From an uncultured cyanobacterium (GTDB lineage Bacteria; Cyanobacteriota; Cyanobacteriia; Leptolyngbyales; Leptolyngbyaceae), in contig CAVYAN010000078.1 of the NCBI GenBank assembly GCA_963766075.1, positions 1 to 33,639 on the forward strand: a stretch of 33,639 nt of DNA. The letters run 5' to 3'. The notes under the pieces were generated by a model. The model ran no database searches, was not told the DNA's origin, and worked only from the letters and a program-made list of their open reading frames with translations. This document shows, in pieces, positions 1 through 9,597 of the stretch. The translations under genes and the position numbers were made by a program. The number at the start of each line of letters is the position of its first letter. The stretch's first letter is position 1.

Positions 1-15
1 AAATTTCTCCGGGTT

Positions 16-66
16 AGGGTTTGTGAGGTGCAGGGTTTGTGAGGCGCAGGGTCTGTGAGGCGCAGG
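16..66. repeat. 3 x 16-bp tandem repeat (AGGGTYTGTGAGGYGC)
   Basis: Units at 16-31, 32-47 and 48-63 plus a partial AGG, read directly. Confidence 0.9.
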
Positions 67-269
67 ATTTGCCGGGGTGTTTTGAAGATGGCTTGGGTCT
101 GGCTTGCCTTGAATTGGTTTGGCTAATCTGCTTGGGTGCTGGGCTTGGGTCTGGACTCAACTTAGCCGACGGTGTCCTGGTTCGCTGCCTCCTTCAGATT
201 TTCTCAAGGTGCGATCCGCCACCGTCCTTACCTTGCCTTGATGAGGTCTGCCCAGATCAGTTCACCATG

Positions 270-302
270 AAAAAAGCTGGACCCGCCCATCGGGAGTCCA
301 GC
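270..302 (-). terminator. Rho-independent terminator of sigF
   Basis: GCTGGAC...GTCCAGC stem followed by a 6-U tract on the minus strand, about 45 nt after the sigF stop. Confidence 0.8.
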
Positions 303-345
303 AATTTTTGATGTTGGGGTGAAAGCGTGGAACGCGCTACATCCC

Positions 346-1134
346 CTAGGGATCCGTTTGCATCATTTGAGGATGGAGCAGGGTCACCATCTGCTGAATG
401 CCGCGATGGATGCGTCGAGTCACGGTCATGGGGCTTACTCCAATGCGTTCCGCGACTTCCTTGCGAGATAGATCGCAGATGAAGACATACTCGATCGCTT
501 CGCGCGTTTTATCTTCTAATTGGCCCATGGCCCGCTGGATTTGCTGCCGGTCTTCTTCCAGCATTTGCAGGTTTTGATAGCGCACATCCGGCAGGGTATC
601 GCCCAGGGTCATGGGGGAGTCGATCTGTTGGCAAATGGTGGCATCCAGGCTCAGGGGCAATCGGTTTTTGGTGGCCAGCTTGCATTCGCGCCATTCATTC
701 ACTGACACATCCAGAGCATTGGCGATTTCTTCGTCGGAGGGCTGGCGACCGAAGCTTTCAGTGAGAGCTTCTCGCATCCGCTGCCCTTCTTTGTTGAGTT
801 GTTGCCAACGCCGGGGAATCTTAACCGTACCGCTGCGATCGCGAAGGAAGTGGAGCATCTCACCCCGAATGTAGGGTACGGCAAAGGAGCTAAAGGCACA
901 GCCTTGATTCGGATTAAACCGCTCGATGGCCCGAATGAGACCGAGATAGCCGATTTGTTCCAAATCTTCGTACGGCTCGGCACATTGGTGACTGACGCGA
1001 TGGGCAATCTTGCGGACCAAGCCTGCATTCATCTGCACGAGTTGATTACGGACTTTGACAGAGGGAGTTTGGTGGTAGGCAACAAGGAGTTCCATGCCAC
1101 GGGAGCGGAGAGTGGGTTGAGTCGCGGTCATCAT
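346..1134 (-). CDS. sigF: Group 3 RNA polymerase sigma factor SigF (start may be 1131)
   Basis: Region 2 motif EDLEQIGYLGLIRAIERF, FSSFAVPYIRGEMLHFLRD, and region 4 HTH SRKEVAERIGVSPMTVTRR. Confidence 0.9.
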   Translation of the reverse strand: MMTATQPTLRSRGMELLVAYHQTPSVKVRNQLVQMNAGLVRKIAHRVSHQCAEPYEDLEQIGYLGLIRAIERFNPNQGCAFSSFAVPYIRGEMLHFLRDRSGTVKIPRRWQQLNKEGQRMREALTESFGRQPSDEEIANALDVSVNEWRECKLATKNRLPLSLDATICQQIDSPMTLGDTLPDVRYQNLQMLEEDRQQIQRAMGQLEDKTREAIEYVFICDLSRKEVAERIGVSPMTVTRRIHRGIQQMVTLLHPQMMQTDP

Positions 1135-1279
1135 CTACAAATCACCTTTCACATCTGACTTGAATTCATTCTCTGTAGATGAGACCTTTGGAACCATCGT
1201 CGATCTACGGGATTGGCGGGCGGGCTCCCCGTGGGGCGTCGGCAAAATTACTGAATGTCTTTACCTGCGCAAAAACGAC

Positions 1280-1311
1280 AAAACCCCGCCAATCCAGGAT
1301 TGCGGGGTTTT
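1280..1311. terminator. Hairpin flanked by A/T tracts downstream of the cyclophilin gene
   Basis: AAAACCCCGC...GCGGGGTTTT inverted repeat. Confidence 0.75.
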
Positions 1312-1441
1312 GGATGACGGGCTGGAAAGGCCCTAAATCGGTGGAGGATTCTGGAAAGATCACTGATAATTAGTGACCAATATCACTCGAATATACGGAG
1401 TATTTAGCGCAGAGCCAGCCAGCTTGGAGTGGGATCGGCCC

Positions 1442-1885
1442 CTACTCGGCGGCAATTTTGACGGAAACGATGCGATCGCCCCCTCGAATGGCATTGACTA
1501 CATCCATATCTGCGGTTTGTCCAAACACGGTATGTACCCCATCCAAGTGCCGCTGCGGGGAATGGCAGATAAAAAATTGGCTTCCGCCTGTATCCTTGCC
1601 CGCGTGTGCCATCGACAGGCTGCCGGCTGCGTGTTTGTTGCGGTTAATCTCACATTTGATTTTGTAGCCGGGACCGCCGGTTCCGGGTATACCACTCGCG
1701 CCTTCACGACTGTTCGGGCAGCCGCCTTGAATCATAAAATCGTTGATTACGCGATGAAATGCCAGTCCGTCGTAGAAGCCTTTTTCCGAGAGTTCGACAA
1801 AATTCTTGACCGTATTGGGCGCGTCTTGATCAAACAGCTCCAAGTGGATGGTGCCCTTGTCTGTTTCCATAATGGCTTTGGTCAT
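1442..1885 (-). CDS. Cyclophilin-type peptidyl-prolyl cis-trans isomerase (alternative start 1891)
   Basis: [35 protein letters not shown] and [10 protein letters not shown] motifs; GAGG spacing favours the ATG at 1885. Confidence 0.93.
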   Translation of the reverse strand: MTKAIMETDKGTIHLELFDQDAPNTVKNFVELSEKGFYDGLAFHRVINDFMIQGGCPNSREGASGIPGTGGPGYKIKCEINRNKHAAGSLSMAHAGKDTGGSQFFICHSPQRHLDGVHTVFGQTADMDVVNAIRGGDRIVSVKIAAE

Positions 1886-1909
1886 AGTCATACCTCTGAA
1901 AATTCGCCC

Positions 1910-3532
1910 CTAATATCCTACAACTGTTTGTTGACGATCCCCGCTTTGAATTCGCTCCCGATAGAGGTGCGCCATGCGATCGATGACCTCTGCAATGGTC
2001 AATCCATCCGTTTGTAGTTCGATTGCATCCACCGCTTGCCGCAGCGGTGCCATGGTGCGGGTGCTGTCCTTATGGTCGCGTTCAGCGATCAGTTGCTCGA
2101 GTTCGGCCAAGTTGACTTCGCCCTTACCTTGGGTGACCAAATCCTGCTGCCGCCGTCGAGCGCGTTCCTGGACCGAGGCTGTTAGATAAATCTTTAGCTC
2201 TGCATCGGGAAAGACAAAGGTGCCAATATCTCGGCCCTCCATCACAAACCCACCGGCTTTCCCGTAGCGGCGCTGTTGACGCATTAGCTCTGTGCGGACG
2301 GCGGGCTGGGCCGCGATGGTGGACACGTTTGCCGTGACCTCTAAACTCCGAATATCCTGGGTCACGTCCTGTCCATCTAGGTAGACATTGATGGCAGAGG
2401 GTTCGCCGCTGAGGGTGATTTCGCACTGGCTGAGCAGTTCTGCTACAGCAGGTTCATCGGTCACGGCAATGCCAGCTTGCAGCACGCGCCAAGTCAATGC
2501 TCGATACATGGCACCCGTGTCCAGGTACAGTAAACCGAGGTTTTGCGCTAGCTGGCGCGCCACGGTGGACTTGCCCGCCCCGGCGGGACCATCGATCGCC
2601 ACAATGGGCTTGCGCGTGGTTAAGAGAACATTGTCAATCAGACGGGTGGTGCCAATCCGGGCGGCAATCGCCAAAAGACCGGTATCTTGAATTTGCTCTA
2701 GAGACTGCATAGTATTTGGGTGAATAACCTCGATATATTCTGGGGCAAGTGCGTCTATTTTGGTTAACTCTGTCTTAACGAATTCAATCAAAACCCGACT
2801 CAAGCGCTCTCCGGATCGAAAGGCTGCTTCAGCTTGGCGCAGCCCGCGATAGATTCCTGCTGCCTGCTGCCGCTCGGTTTCCGTTAAGTATTGATTGCGG
2901 GAGCTCAGGGCGAGACCGCTGGGTTCCCGCACAATCGGACAGGGCACAATTTCCATGGGCAGGTTCAGGTCTGCCACGAGGGCTTGAATGATGGCGAGCT
3001 GCTGCGCATCCTTTTGGCCAAAATAGGCCCGGTGGGGCTGCACCAGATTGAGAAGCTTGGTCACGATTGTAGCAACCCCTTGAAAGTGACCGGGGCGGAT
3101 GCGTCCGCAGAGGGGTAGGGTGAGGGCAGGAACGGGAGTAACTTGGGTCATAGCCTGATCCCCAATGCCCAGTTCCCGGGGTGTGGGCGCAAACACAGCA
3201 TCAACTCCTGCTGCGCTACAGAACGCCAAGTCTGCCTGGAAAGGGCGGGGGTAGTTGGCTAAATCTTCTTGAGGACCGAATTGTAGGGGATTGACGAAAA
3301 TGGTGACAATGACGATGTGATTCTCGCGGCGGGCGGTTTGAATTAAGCTCAGGTGTCCTGCGTGGAGCGCACCCATCGTGGGCACTAATCCGACAGTAGG
3401 CCCGCTTCTGGATCTTATGCTGGGAAAATCATCAAGGACAGAGGAGAAGGACGATTCCTGGTCTGGGCCATGCCCGTGCCGGGTGCCTTCCAAAAAACAG
3501 CGCAGTCCGGCAATGGTCGTAAACAGCCGCAT
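1910..3532 (-). CDS. panC/cmk: Bifunctional pantoate--beta-alanine ligase / cytidylate kinase
   Basis: VPTMGALHAGH, RPGHFQGV and FGQKDAQQ (PanC) followed by IDGPAGAGKST, LDTGAMYR and EGRDIGT (Cmk); this fusion is typical of cyanobacteria. Confidence 0.96.
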   Translation of the reverse strand: MRLFTTIAGLRCFLEGTRHGHGPDQESSFSSVLDDFPSIRSRSGPTVGLVPTMGALHAGHLSLIQTARRENHIVIVTIFVNPLQFGPQEDLANYPRPFQADLAFCSAAGVDAVFAPTPRELGIGDQAMTQVTPVPALTLPLCGRIRPGHFQGVATIVTKLLNLVQPHRAYFGQKDAQQLAIIQALVADLNLPMEIVPCPIVREPSGLALSSRNQYLTETERQQAAGIYRGLRQAEAAFRSGERLSRVLIEFVKTELTKIDALAPEYIEVIHPNTMQSLEQIQDTGLLAIAARIGTTRLIDNVLLTTRKPIVAIDGPAGAGKSTVARQLAQNLGLLYLDTGAMYRALTWRVLQAGIAVTDEPAVAELLSQCEITLSGEPSAINVYLDGQDVTQDIRSLEVTANVSTIAAQPAVRTELMRQQRRYGKAGGFVMEGRDIGTFVFPDAELKIYLTASVQERARRRQQDLVTQGKGEVNLAELEQLIAERDHKDSTRTMAPLRQAVDAIELQTDGLTIAEVIDRMAHLYRERIQSGDRQQTVVGY

Positions 3533-3712
3533 AATTTTCTACTCTGACAGATTTTTCTCGCCAATCTCCCGCTCACCAGTCTAGAGAATCCCTGCCCAAG
3601 AGTTAGGAGACTTCAGGATAAAAACAGCATCCGCTCCATGCCCGTGGGTAATAGCTCTGTTTCTCGGGCTGGCCACGATAAGATAGTTTTAGAAACTTTA
3701 TTTAATTTAACA

Positions 3713-4630
3713 ATGTCATCTGTAATGCCACCCGTTGCGATCGCCCCCGTTCCTGGCCAGTATTGGCAGTGGCAGCAGCATTCGATTTACTACGTGACCG
3801 CCGGGACTGTGCAGCCGGAACGCCCCCCTGTGCTTCTGGTCCATGGGTTTGGGGCCTCCACGGACCACTGGCGCAAGAACCTGGCGGATCTGAGCCAAGA
3901 CTTTGAAGTGTGGGCCATTGACTTGCTCGGGTTTGGCCGCTCCGAGAAAGCCGACGTGTCCTATAGTGCGGATCTATGGCGTGATCAAGTCCATGATTTT
4001 ATTCAGGACGTCATTGGTCGGCCCGTGGTGTTGGCGGGAAATTCGATCGGAGGCTATACGGTGATGGCCGTAGCAGCGGCCTATCCAGCGGCAGTCCGGG
4101 GACTGGTGCTGTTAAATAGCGTTGGTGGGTTTCCGAGTCCCGTAAATCAATCGCCGCCCAAACCCGATCCGATGCGGCAAGTCCTGGGGAAGATTGCCCA
4201 GGGGCTATTCCAACAGGACTGGTTTAGCTTTTTACTATTTCAGTATGTGCGCCAAAAGTCGGTGATTCGGAAAACACTGGAGCAGGTGTATCTGGATCAA
4301 ACGGCGGTTACGGACCAACTGGTGGAGGAAATTTATCGGCCATCCTGCGATCCGGGGGCGGCATTGGTATTTGCTCGGGTCTTTCGCTCGGCCAAGGGGG
4401 ACTCGGCGGATTGTTTGTTGGCTCGAATCGTCTGTCCGCTGCTGGCGCTATGGGGTGAGGGCGATCCCTGGATGGATGCGCGATCGCGTGGAGCGCAGTT
4501 TCGCCAACACTATCCAGCCCTAACGGAATATTATCTCCGTTCTGGGCATTGTCCCCATGATGAATCTCCGGAACAGGTCAATGGTCTGATGCGCGCTTGG
4601 ATCTTAGAATCGGTGATGGCAAGCTCCTAG
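3713..4630 (+). CDS. Alpha/beta-fold hydrolase
   Basis: LVHGFGAS oxyanion motif, GNSIG nucleophile elbow, GEGDPW and GHCPHDE; ATG at 3713 follows an AT-rich leader. Confidence 0.9.
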   Translation: MSSVMPPVAIAPVPGQYWQWQQHSIYYVTAGTVQPERPPVLLVHGFGASTDHWRKNLADLSQDFEVWAIDLLGFGRSEKADVSYSADLWRDQVHDFIQDVIGRPVVLAGNSIGGYTVMAVAAAYPAAVRGLVLLNSVGGFPSPVNQSPPKPDPMRQVLGKIAQGLFQQDWFSFLLFQYVRQKSVIRKTLEQVYLDQTAVTDQLVEEIYRPSCDPGAALVFARVFRSAKGDSADCLLARIVCPLLALWGEGDPWMDARSRGAQFRQHYPALTEYYLRSGHCPHDESPEQVNGLMRAWILESVMASS

Positions 4631-4671
4631 CAAAGCGGGCCTCTGGAAAAAATGTAGAGGAGAGGTGCGCC

Positions 4672-5580
4672 ATGGGCGGGAAAGCACGCGGCAAAATGGG
4701 GATAAGACAACAATCCAGCTATGCGAGAATCTGGGTCCAGGGTGGTGTGGTTGCCCTATTCCTGGCAGCGTGTAGGTCACAATCTCCCCAATCCGTACCG
4801 AATAGCGCTGTGTCCCCGGTACTGCCAGCCACATCTCCACCGTCGAGTCCTCCGAGGCCTAAATCCACGATTCCGGGGGATCCCTTTGAGAAAGGGCGAG
4901 ATCGGGCTGCGAGCGCCCGTAGCTTGGCGCAAACGGCGCAAACATCTGATGATTGGGCCTTGGTGCGGCAGCAGTGGCAGGCTGCGATCGCCCTAATCAA
5001 GGCTGTGCCGTCTAGCAGTCCTGACTACCGCACCGCCCAAACCCTCTTGGGGGAGTATCAACAAGCCCTCAACCGTGTCCAGCAGCAGTCTAATGCGGGC
5101 TTCCAGCCTCTTCCTGCTGTGCCTCAAGCCGATGACGGGGCAATTCCCCTAATGCCGGGTATGTTACCCTCCACACTGCAACAGGGGGCAATCGCCCGAC
5201 TACGGACGTTGCAACAGCAGCAGCAAGCATTTTTTACCGCCCAAAAACGGTTTGCCACCACCGTGGCCGAGCTGGATAAAACCTTTCCGACGATGGCTGA
5301 AGGTTATGCCTATAGCGTGCGTTCTACCCCGCAAACGGCGATCGCCACCGCCACTGCCCAAAAGCCGGACTTGGTGAGTTATACCGCGATCATTTTCCTG
5401 ACTCTGGATGGTGCCAGCCTGTCCGCGCCAAACCGCGCTATTCCGCTGCTCACGGTGGAAGGGATGTGTCAGACTGTGGCTGCGGCTCAAATGGCTCCAG
5501 CGGTTCCCAAGTTGGTGAATAATCAGGTGCAATGTGGTCCAGGGGCGATCGCTGTAGACAACGCTACCGCGATTCCATAG
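4672..5580 (+). CDS. Predicted lipoprotein with Pro/Ser linker, helical domain and C-terminal type IV pilin-like G/H domain
   Basis: Lipobox-like LAAC; C-terminus QQAFFTAQKRFATTVAEL...YAYSV...TATAQKPDLVSY...CQT...QCGPG resembles cyanobacterial Pilin_GH; GAGG before ATG 4672. Confidence 0.65.
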   Translation: MGGKARGKMGIRQQSSYARIWVQGGVVALFLAACRSQSPQSVPNSAVSPVLPATSPPSSPPRPKSTIPGDPFEKGRDRAASARSLAQTAQTSDDWALVRQQWQAAIALIKAVPSSSPDYRTAQTLLGEYQQALNRVQQQSNAGFQPLPAVPQADDGAIPLMPGMLPSTLQQGAIARLRTLQQQQQAFFTAQKRFATTVAELDKTFPTMAEGYAYSVRSTPQTAIATATAQKPDLVSYTAIIFLTLDGASLSAPNRAIPLLTVEGMCQTVAAAQMAPAVPKLVNNQVQCGPGAIAVDNATAIP

Positions 5581-5701
5581 CTCCCATACATCTATAGCTC
5601 CCATACAACAACTCCGATACAGCAGTGCCCAGCGTGGCCGGGGGCTGCCCCGATTATGGCTAATAAAATACAGCTAATAAAAAAGGCCAAAAAAAGGCCA
5701 A

Positions 5702-5729
5702 AAAAAAGGAGCGGTAAAGCTCCTTTTTT
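5702..5729. terminator. Bidirectional terminator between convergent genes
   Basis: AAAAAAGGAGC-GGTAAA-GCTCCTTTTTT. Confidence 0.85.
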
Positions 5730-5782
5730 ATATCCATTTTCACAATCTACGGTTGCTAATCGATAGGTAATCGATAGTGAAT

Positions 5783-7920
5783 CTAAGCCCCTTCTCGCGG
5801 TAAGTAGGCGATGGGATTAACGGCACCATGTCCCGGAAGATGCACTTCAAAGTGACAGTGTGGTCCAGTGCTATAGCCGGTGCTGCCCATTTCAGCAATT
5901 TGCTGACCCTGAGCGACCTGCTGGCCCTCCCGCACCAAGATGCGATCATTATGGCCGTAGAGCGTCACACTGCCGTCCGCATGTTGAACTTCAACCAAGT
6001 TGCCGTAGCCACCAGAATTCCAGCCAGCCGTGATCACAACACCGGGTGCAGCAGCGACAATCGGCGTGCCCGTCGGCGCAGCCACATCAATTCCACGGTG
6101 CATCCGTCCCCAACGAGGACCATATCCAGAGGTTAACAAGCCCTTTGCGGGCCAGATATAGCCCTTAAACTTGCCGAGCCAGACGGTAGGTAGGCATCTC
6201 CAGAACCCAGCGGGGGCAAATCGGGAGAAACCAAACGGCCAATGGTCTTGCCAATCACGGGGTCGTAATTCTGAGAGCCCACCGGAGCCATGGCCACTAC
6301 AGTTGTGGTCTTTTCGGCGGGTGTGGTCTTTTCGGCGGGTACCGGAGAGGTGGAATTGCCTAAAGCCTGCAGAGCTGATGTGCTCGGGGCATTGACCGGA
6401 ATTTGACCCTGCACATTGAGTTTCCGAATTTGGGTTCTCAAAGACTCCACATGGGCGTTAGGAGAAAACTCGGGATTACGTGCAGAGGCAATGCGTGAAT
6501 TAGACTGCGGCGCAGCATTGGCCGGATTTTCCGGGAACCGAGCACTGGCTGGTTCAGACTGAGCACTGGCCGATTCTGTGGACTTGTACCGATCGCGCAA
6601 TTGAATAATCTCCATGCGGAGACCTGCAACATAGTCATGGCGCGATCGAACCGCAGGCGACTCAGATTGGGGCGAACTGCCAGCAAACTGGCTAGAGGTT
6701 GCGCTCAGATCTGTACTTGCCGCTGGGACGGGACTTCCCGGCTGGAAGCTGGACGTCGTGCTGGTTGCTTCTGCCGTGGCTACATCGGCTTGGGGGGCAC
6801 GAGCTACGCCAAATCGACTTGCACCCAGTACGGGAGGTGTAGACGGCGTAGTGGACGTGAAAGACTGCGGAATTTTTAAGATCTGATCAACAAAAATACT
6901 GTTTGGATCAGAAATACGATTGGCTTCAACCAATTGCTGTGCCGACACTCCGTAGGCTCGAGCAATGGAGTTGAGGGTTTGTCCAATTTCTACACGATGG
7001 GTCAATGGTGCGTAGGTAGGACTTGAAGCTGAGCCAATATCCGGAGTCAGTACAGCAATGACGTTGGATTTGGCTGATTTCTCACCGGACTTTTCAGCAG
7101 AAGGCAGAACGCGGGCTTGCACAGGCTGAGAAGGGGTGGCCGACGCGATTGCCTGAACCTCTGGAGTCGTCGTCTCGACAGTAGATTCAGAAGTCGGCAG
7201 TTGTTTCAGGCCAAGACGGAGGCTATCACGCTTTTGCTGAAGCCGAGTCAGCGCTTCGTCTTGTTTAAGCTTGAGGGAGGGATTTGGAATCGCTTGTATA
7301 CGATTTCCAGATGGTAAATTTCCCGACAATGAGGGATGTGAGGTTGTCATCTCCCTCGGGGAAGCCCCAGGCACTAGCCCGTAGTAAACGGGAGAGTCAA
7401 CAGATTGATCTTTAGCATCAACTAACCGAGCAATTCGAGCATCAACAGGGATTTGCAACACTTGACCGACCCGGAGGACCGCATCTGCCTTCAACCCATT
7501 GGCAGACAAGATGTCAGCAGGATCGACCTGATAAAGCTGGGCAATACGGGAAAGGGTTTGGCCCTCTTGGACCTTGTGGTCTATAACAGCAGACTTAGAC
7601 GCGTTGCTTGCAGTACCCGATAAGGGTGCTTCCCGATTAATCGAAGCCGCCGCCACGTCAAAGGATGAGGGAAGCGCAGAACTTGCCGCTTCTGTCGTAG
7701 CCGAATCAACAGCAGAATCAACCGTAACCGTGGCCGCATCAACAGCACGAGGGAGCAAGAGCCCCTGGGTACCCATGGACATCGCAAGGCCGATGACGGC
7801 AGCAGAGGTCCGGGTCCGACGATTGCTCTCAGGGAGCACCTTTGAATGTTCGATATTCATGCCACTATCCGTTTCACAGGAAGGAATAGGCTTAACCTTC
7901 TGCGGAAATGTTCGTTTCAA
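5783..7920 (-). pseudogene. nlpD: LysM-LysM-M23 peptidoglycan endopeptidase (NlpD-like), split by a 1-nt frameshift near 6174-6180 (real lesion or sequencing error)
   Basis: The 595-aa ORF has two LysM repeats (HKVQEGQTLSRIAQLY, HRVEIGQTLNSIARAY). The other frame continues GKFKGYIWPAKGLLTSGYGPRWGRMHRGID...HCHFEV (HxxxD/HxH). AGGAGG precedes the TTG start. Confidence 0.88.
6304..6339. repeat. In-frame 2 x 18-bp duplication (PAEKTT twice) in the nlpD linker
   Basis: TGTGGTCTTTTCGGCGGG x2. Confidence 0.9.
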
Positions 7921-7987
7921 AAAAACGACCTCCTAAAAATGTCCAGCGTTTAACCATCCTTAGAGCCATCTGAACCTCGCTGTGCTC

Positions 7988-8025
7988 AGTGACCGGTGTC
8001 ACACAAAGCGGTGATGTGAGTCACC
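7988..8025. promoter_or_regulatory. Two tandem CRP-type boxes upstream of nlpD
   Basis: AGTGA-CCGGTG-TCACA (7988-8003) and GGTGA-TGTGAG-TCACC (8010-8025), compared with the consensus TGTGA-N6-TCACA. Confidence 0.5.
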
Positions 8026-8912
8026 TGCTTTTGCACTTTAGAAAGAGTACTCTGCTTTCTCAATTTAGACAAGTTAACAAATGCAGAAACCGCATCCGTG
8101 GAATTATGGAATCTCCGAATGTGGGAATTCCGAACTTCCAATCTTGTTGTCCACAAACGATCCGCATTGCCGGAAACAGAAGGAACTGAGAGACCAGAAA
8201 AGCCAAACTGTAGATTATGCAAGCAGGTTTGGAATACCTGTGCTGTCTCGATTTGGGGCTTAAAGGATGGCATAGACGGTGGGTAACTAAACGAAACCTT
8301 CAATTTGAGCTTGAAAACTGTTAAGGAAGAAACATTTTGATGGTTTCCTAACAGACCTTAAAGGAAGGCTGAATGCAGGGCATCCGTTGAAGTATGCAAT
8401 TTATCACAACTGAAACTCCTGTTCAGTCGAGGCGGGGATCAACAGATTGTTCGAATCGATCCCCAAAAACAAAGGTCAGCTATGGGCTTCAGGGGATTAC
8501 TCAGGGTCAAAAATCGGGTATTTTCTCTGTGCTCATAGATTGAAAAATTACATAGGAATTTCTTATCAGGTGGCGGGGGATTTTGTAGTCTGAATCACGA
8601 ATGGCGATCGCGGCTTTTGGGCAGTGGTGACAACTGTCCCACTGTGCCAGACCCCTGGATGGCACCCTTAATTCCTGGGTTTATAGCTTTGCTTTATCCG
8701 TTTGGTTAAGTATCTCTATATATAGATGCCCCAATTCGATGCGACGATGTGCCCCCTAGATGCTCCGACTCGTCCGACTAGATATTCGGACCAATCGCTG
8801 GCAATCGGGATTTCTAGATACAAACCCGGATACAAAAATGTAGGCTATAGTCCTAGCCTAGGGGACTGTGGCCCGACCGAATTGAATGGCGCGCTGCTTT
8901 AAAACGCTGAAT

Positions 8913-9374
8913 TTACTGGATATAGCCGAGCTGGCGACGAGCTTCAAATAGCCCCACTGCGGCGCTTACAGACAAATTCAGGCTGCGTACATGGGCTTGA
9001 GTCATGGGGATACGAACCACGGCAGTGGAGGCCGCCAGAACGTCTTGGGGTAGCCCCGCAGACTCACTGCCAAACAGGAGCCAGTCATCGGGCTGGTATT
9101 CAAATTGGATATAGCTACAGTGTCCCGCAGTGCTAAAGGCGATGCAGCGGCCTGTCTGCTGAGCGTGAAATTTGTAGAAGTCCTGGAGGGCAGGGTGATA
9201 GTGCAGCTTGACATGGGGCCAGTAGTCCAGGCCGGCACGTTTGAGGGTGCGATCGCTAATTTCAAAACCGAGGGGGCCCACCAGGTGAAGCTCTGTGTCT
9301 GTGGCCGCACAGGTGCGCGCAATATTGCCGGTGTTGGGAGGAATTTGCGGATGCACGAGTACAACTTTTAGCAT
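8913..9374 (-). CDS. trmL: tRNA (cytidine(34)-2'-O)-methyltransferase, SPOUT family
   Basis: PQIPPNTGNIARTC, KRAGLDYW, FGSESAGLP and RSLNLS motifs. Confidence 0.95.
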   Translation of the reverse strand: MLKVVLVHPQIPPNTGNIARTCAATDTELHLVGPLGFEISDRTLKRAGLDYWPHVKLHYHPALQDFYKFHAQQTGRCIAFSTAGHCSYIQFEYQPDDWLLFGSESAGLPQDVLAASTAVVRIPMTQAHVRSLNLSVSAAVGLFEARRQLGYIQ

Positions 9375-9597
9375 GAACGGGGCTGCTCCCTGTGACAGTT
9401 AATGGACTGATCCGCACAGTTTTCTCAAAAAATACGGAAAGACTGATAGATATTTTTAATAATTCGGGGATCGCTTCAGGGCTGTTAAGTATTTTGTACT
9501 TTTTGGAATTCCTTTGTAAAGAAAATCTTCATAAAACCCCTTTGGCCATGGATATACCCATGGCCGGAAAAAATTTCTTGGCGAGTGGGATTTGCCA

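Noticed and set aside
16..66. Tandem repeats here and at 17083-17142 and 32652-32693 as CRISPR arrays
   Set aside because: Units are 14-16 bp and directly adjacent, with no unique spacers and no cas genes.
1373..2017. Long antisense ORFs (also 11724-12584, 15901-16470, 32656-33213) and the off-frame ORF 26324-27019
   Set aside because: They are shadows of well-supported overlapping genes and have no protein motifs.
1910..3532. panC-cmk fusion and its N-terminal insert as a novelty
   Set aside because: The fusion is standard in cyanobacteria, and variable inserts at that position are unremarkable.
6133..6200. Programmed -1 frameshift site in nlpD
   Set aside because: No canonical slippery heptamer or clear downstream structure; kept only as a frameshift of unknown origin.
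7921..8912. c-di-AMP or c-di-GMP riboswitch upstream of the cell-wall hydrolase, and ORF 7986-8303
   Set aside because: No consensus elements are visible on the minus strand; the short ORFs have no recognisable motifs.
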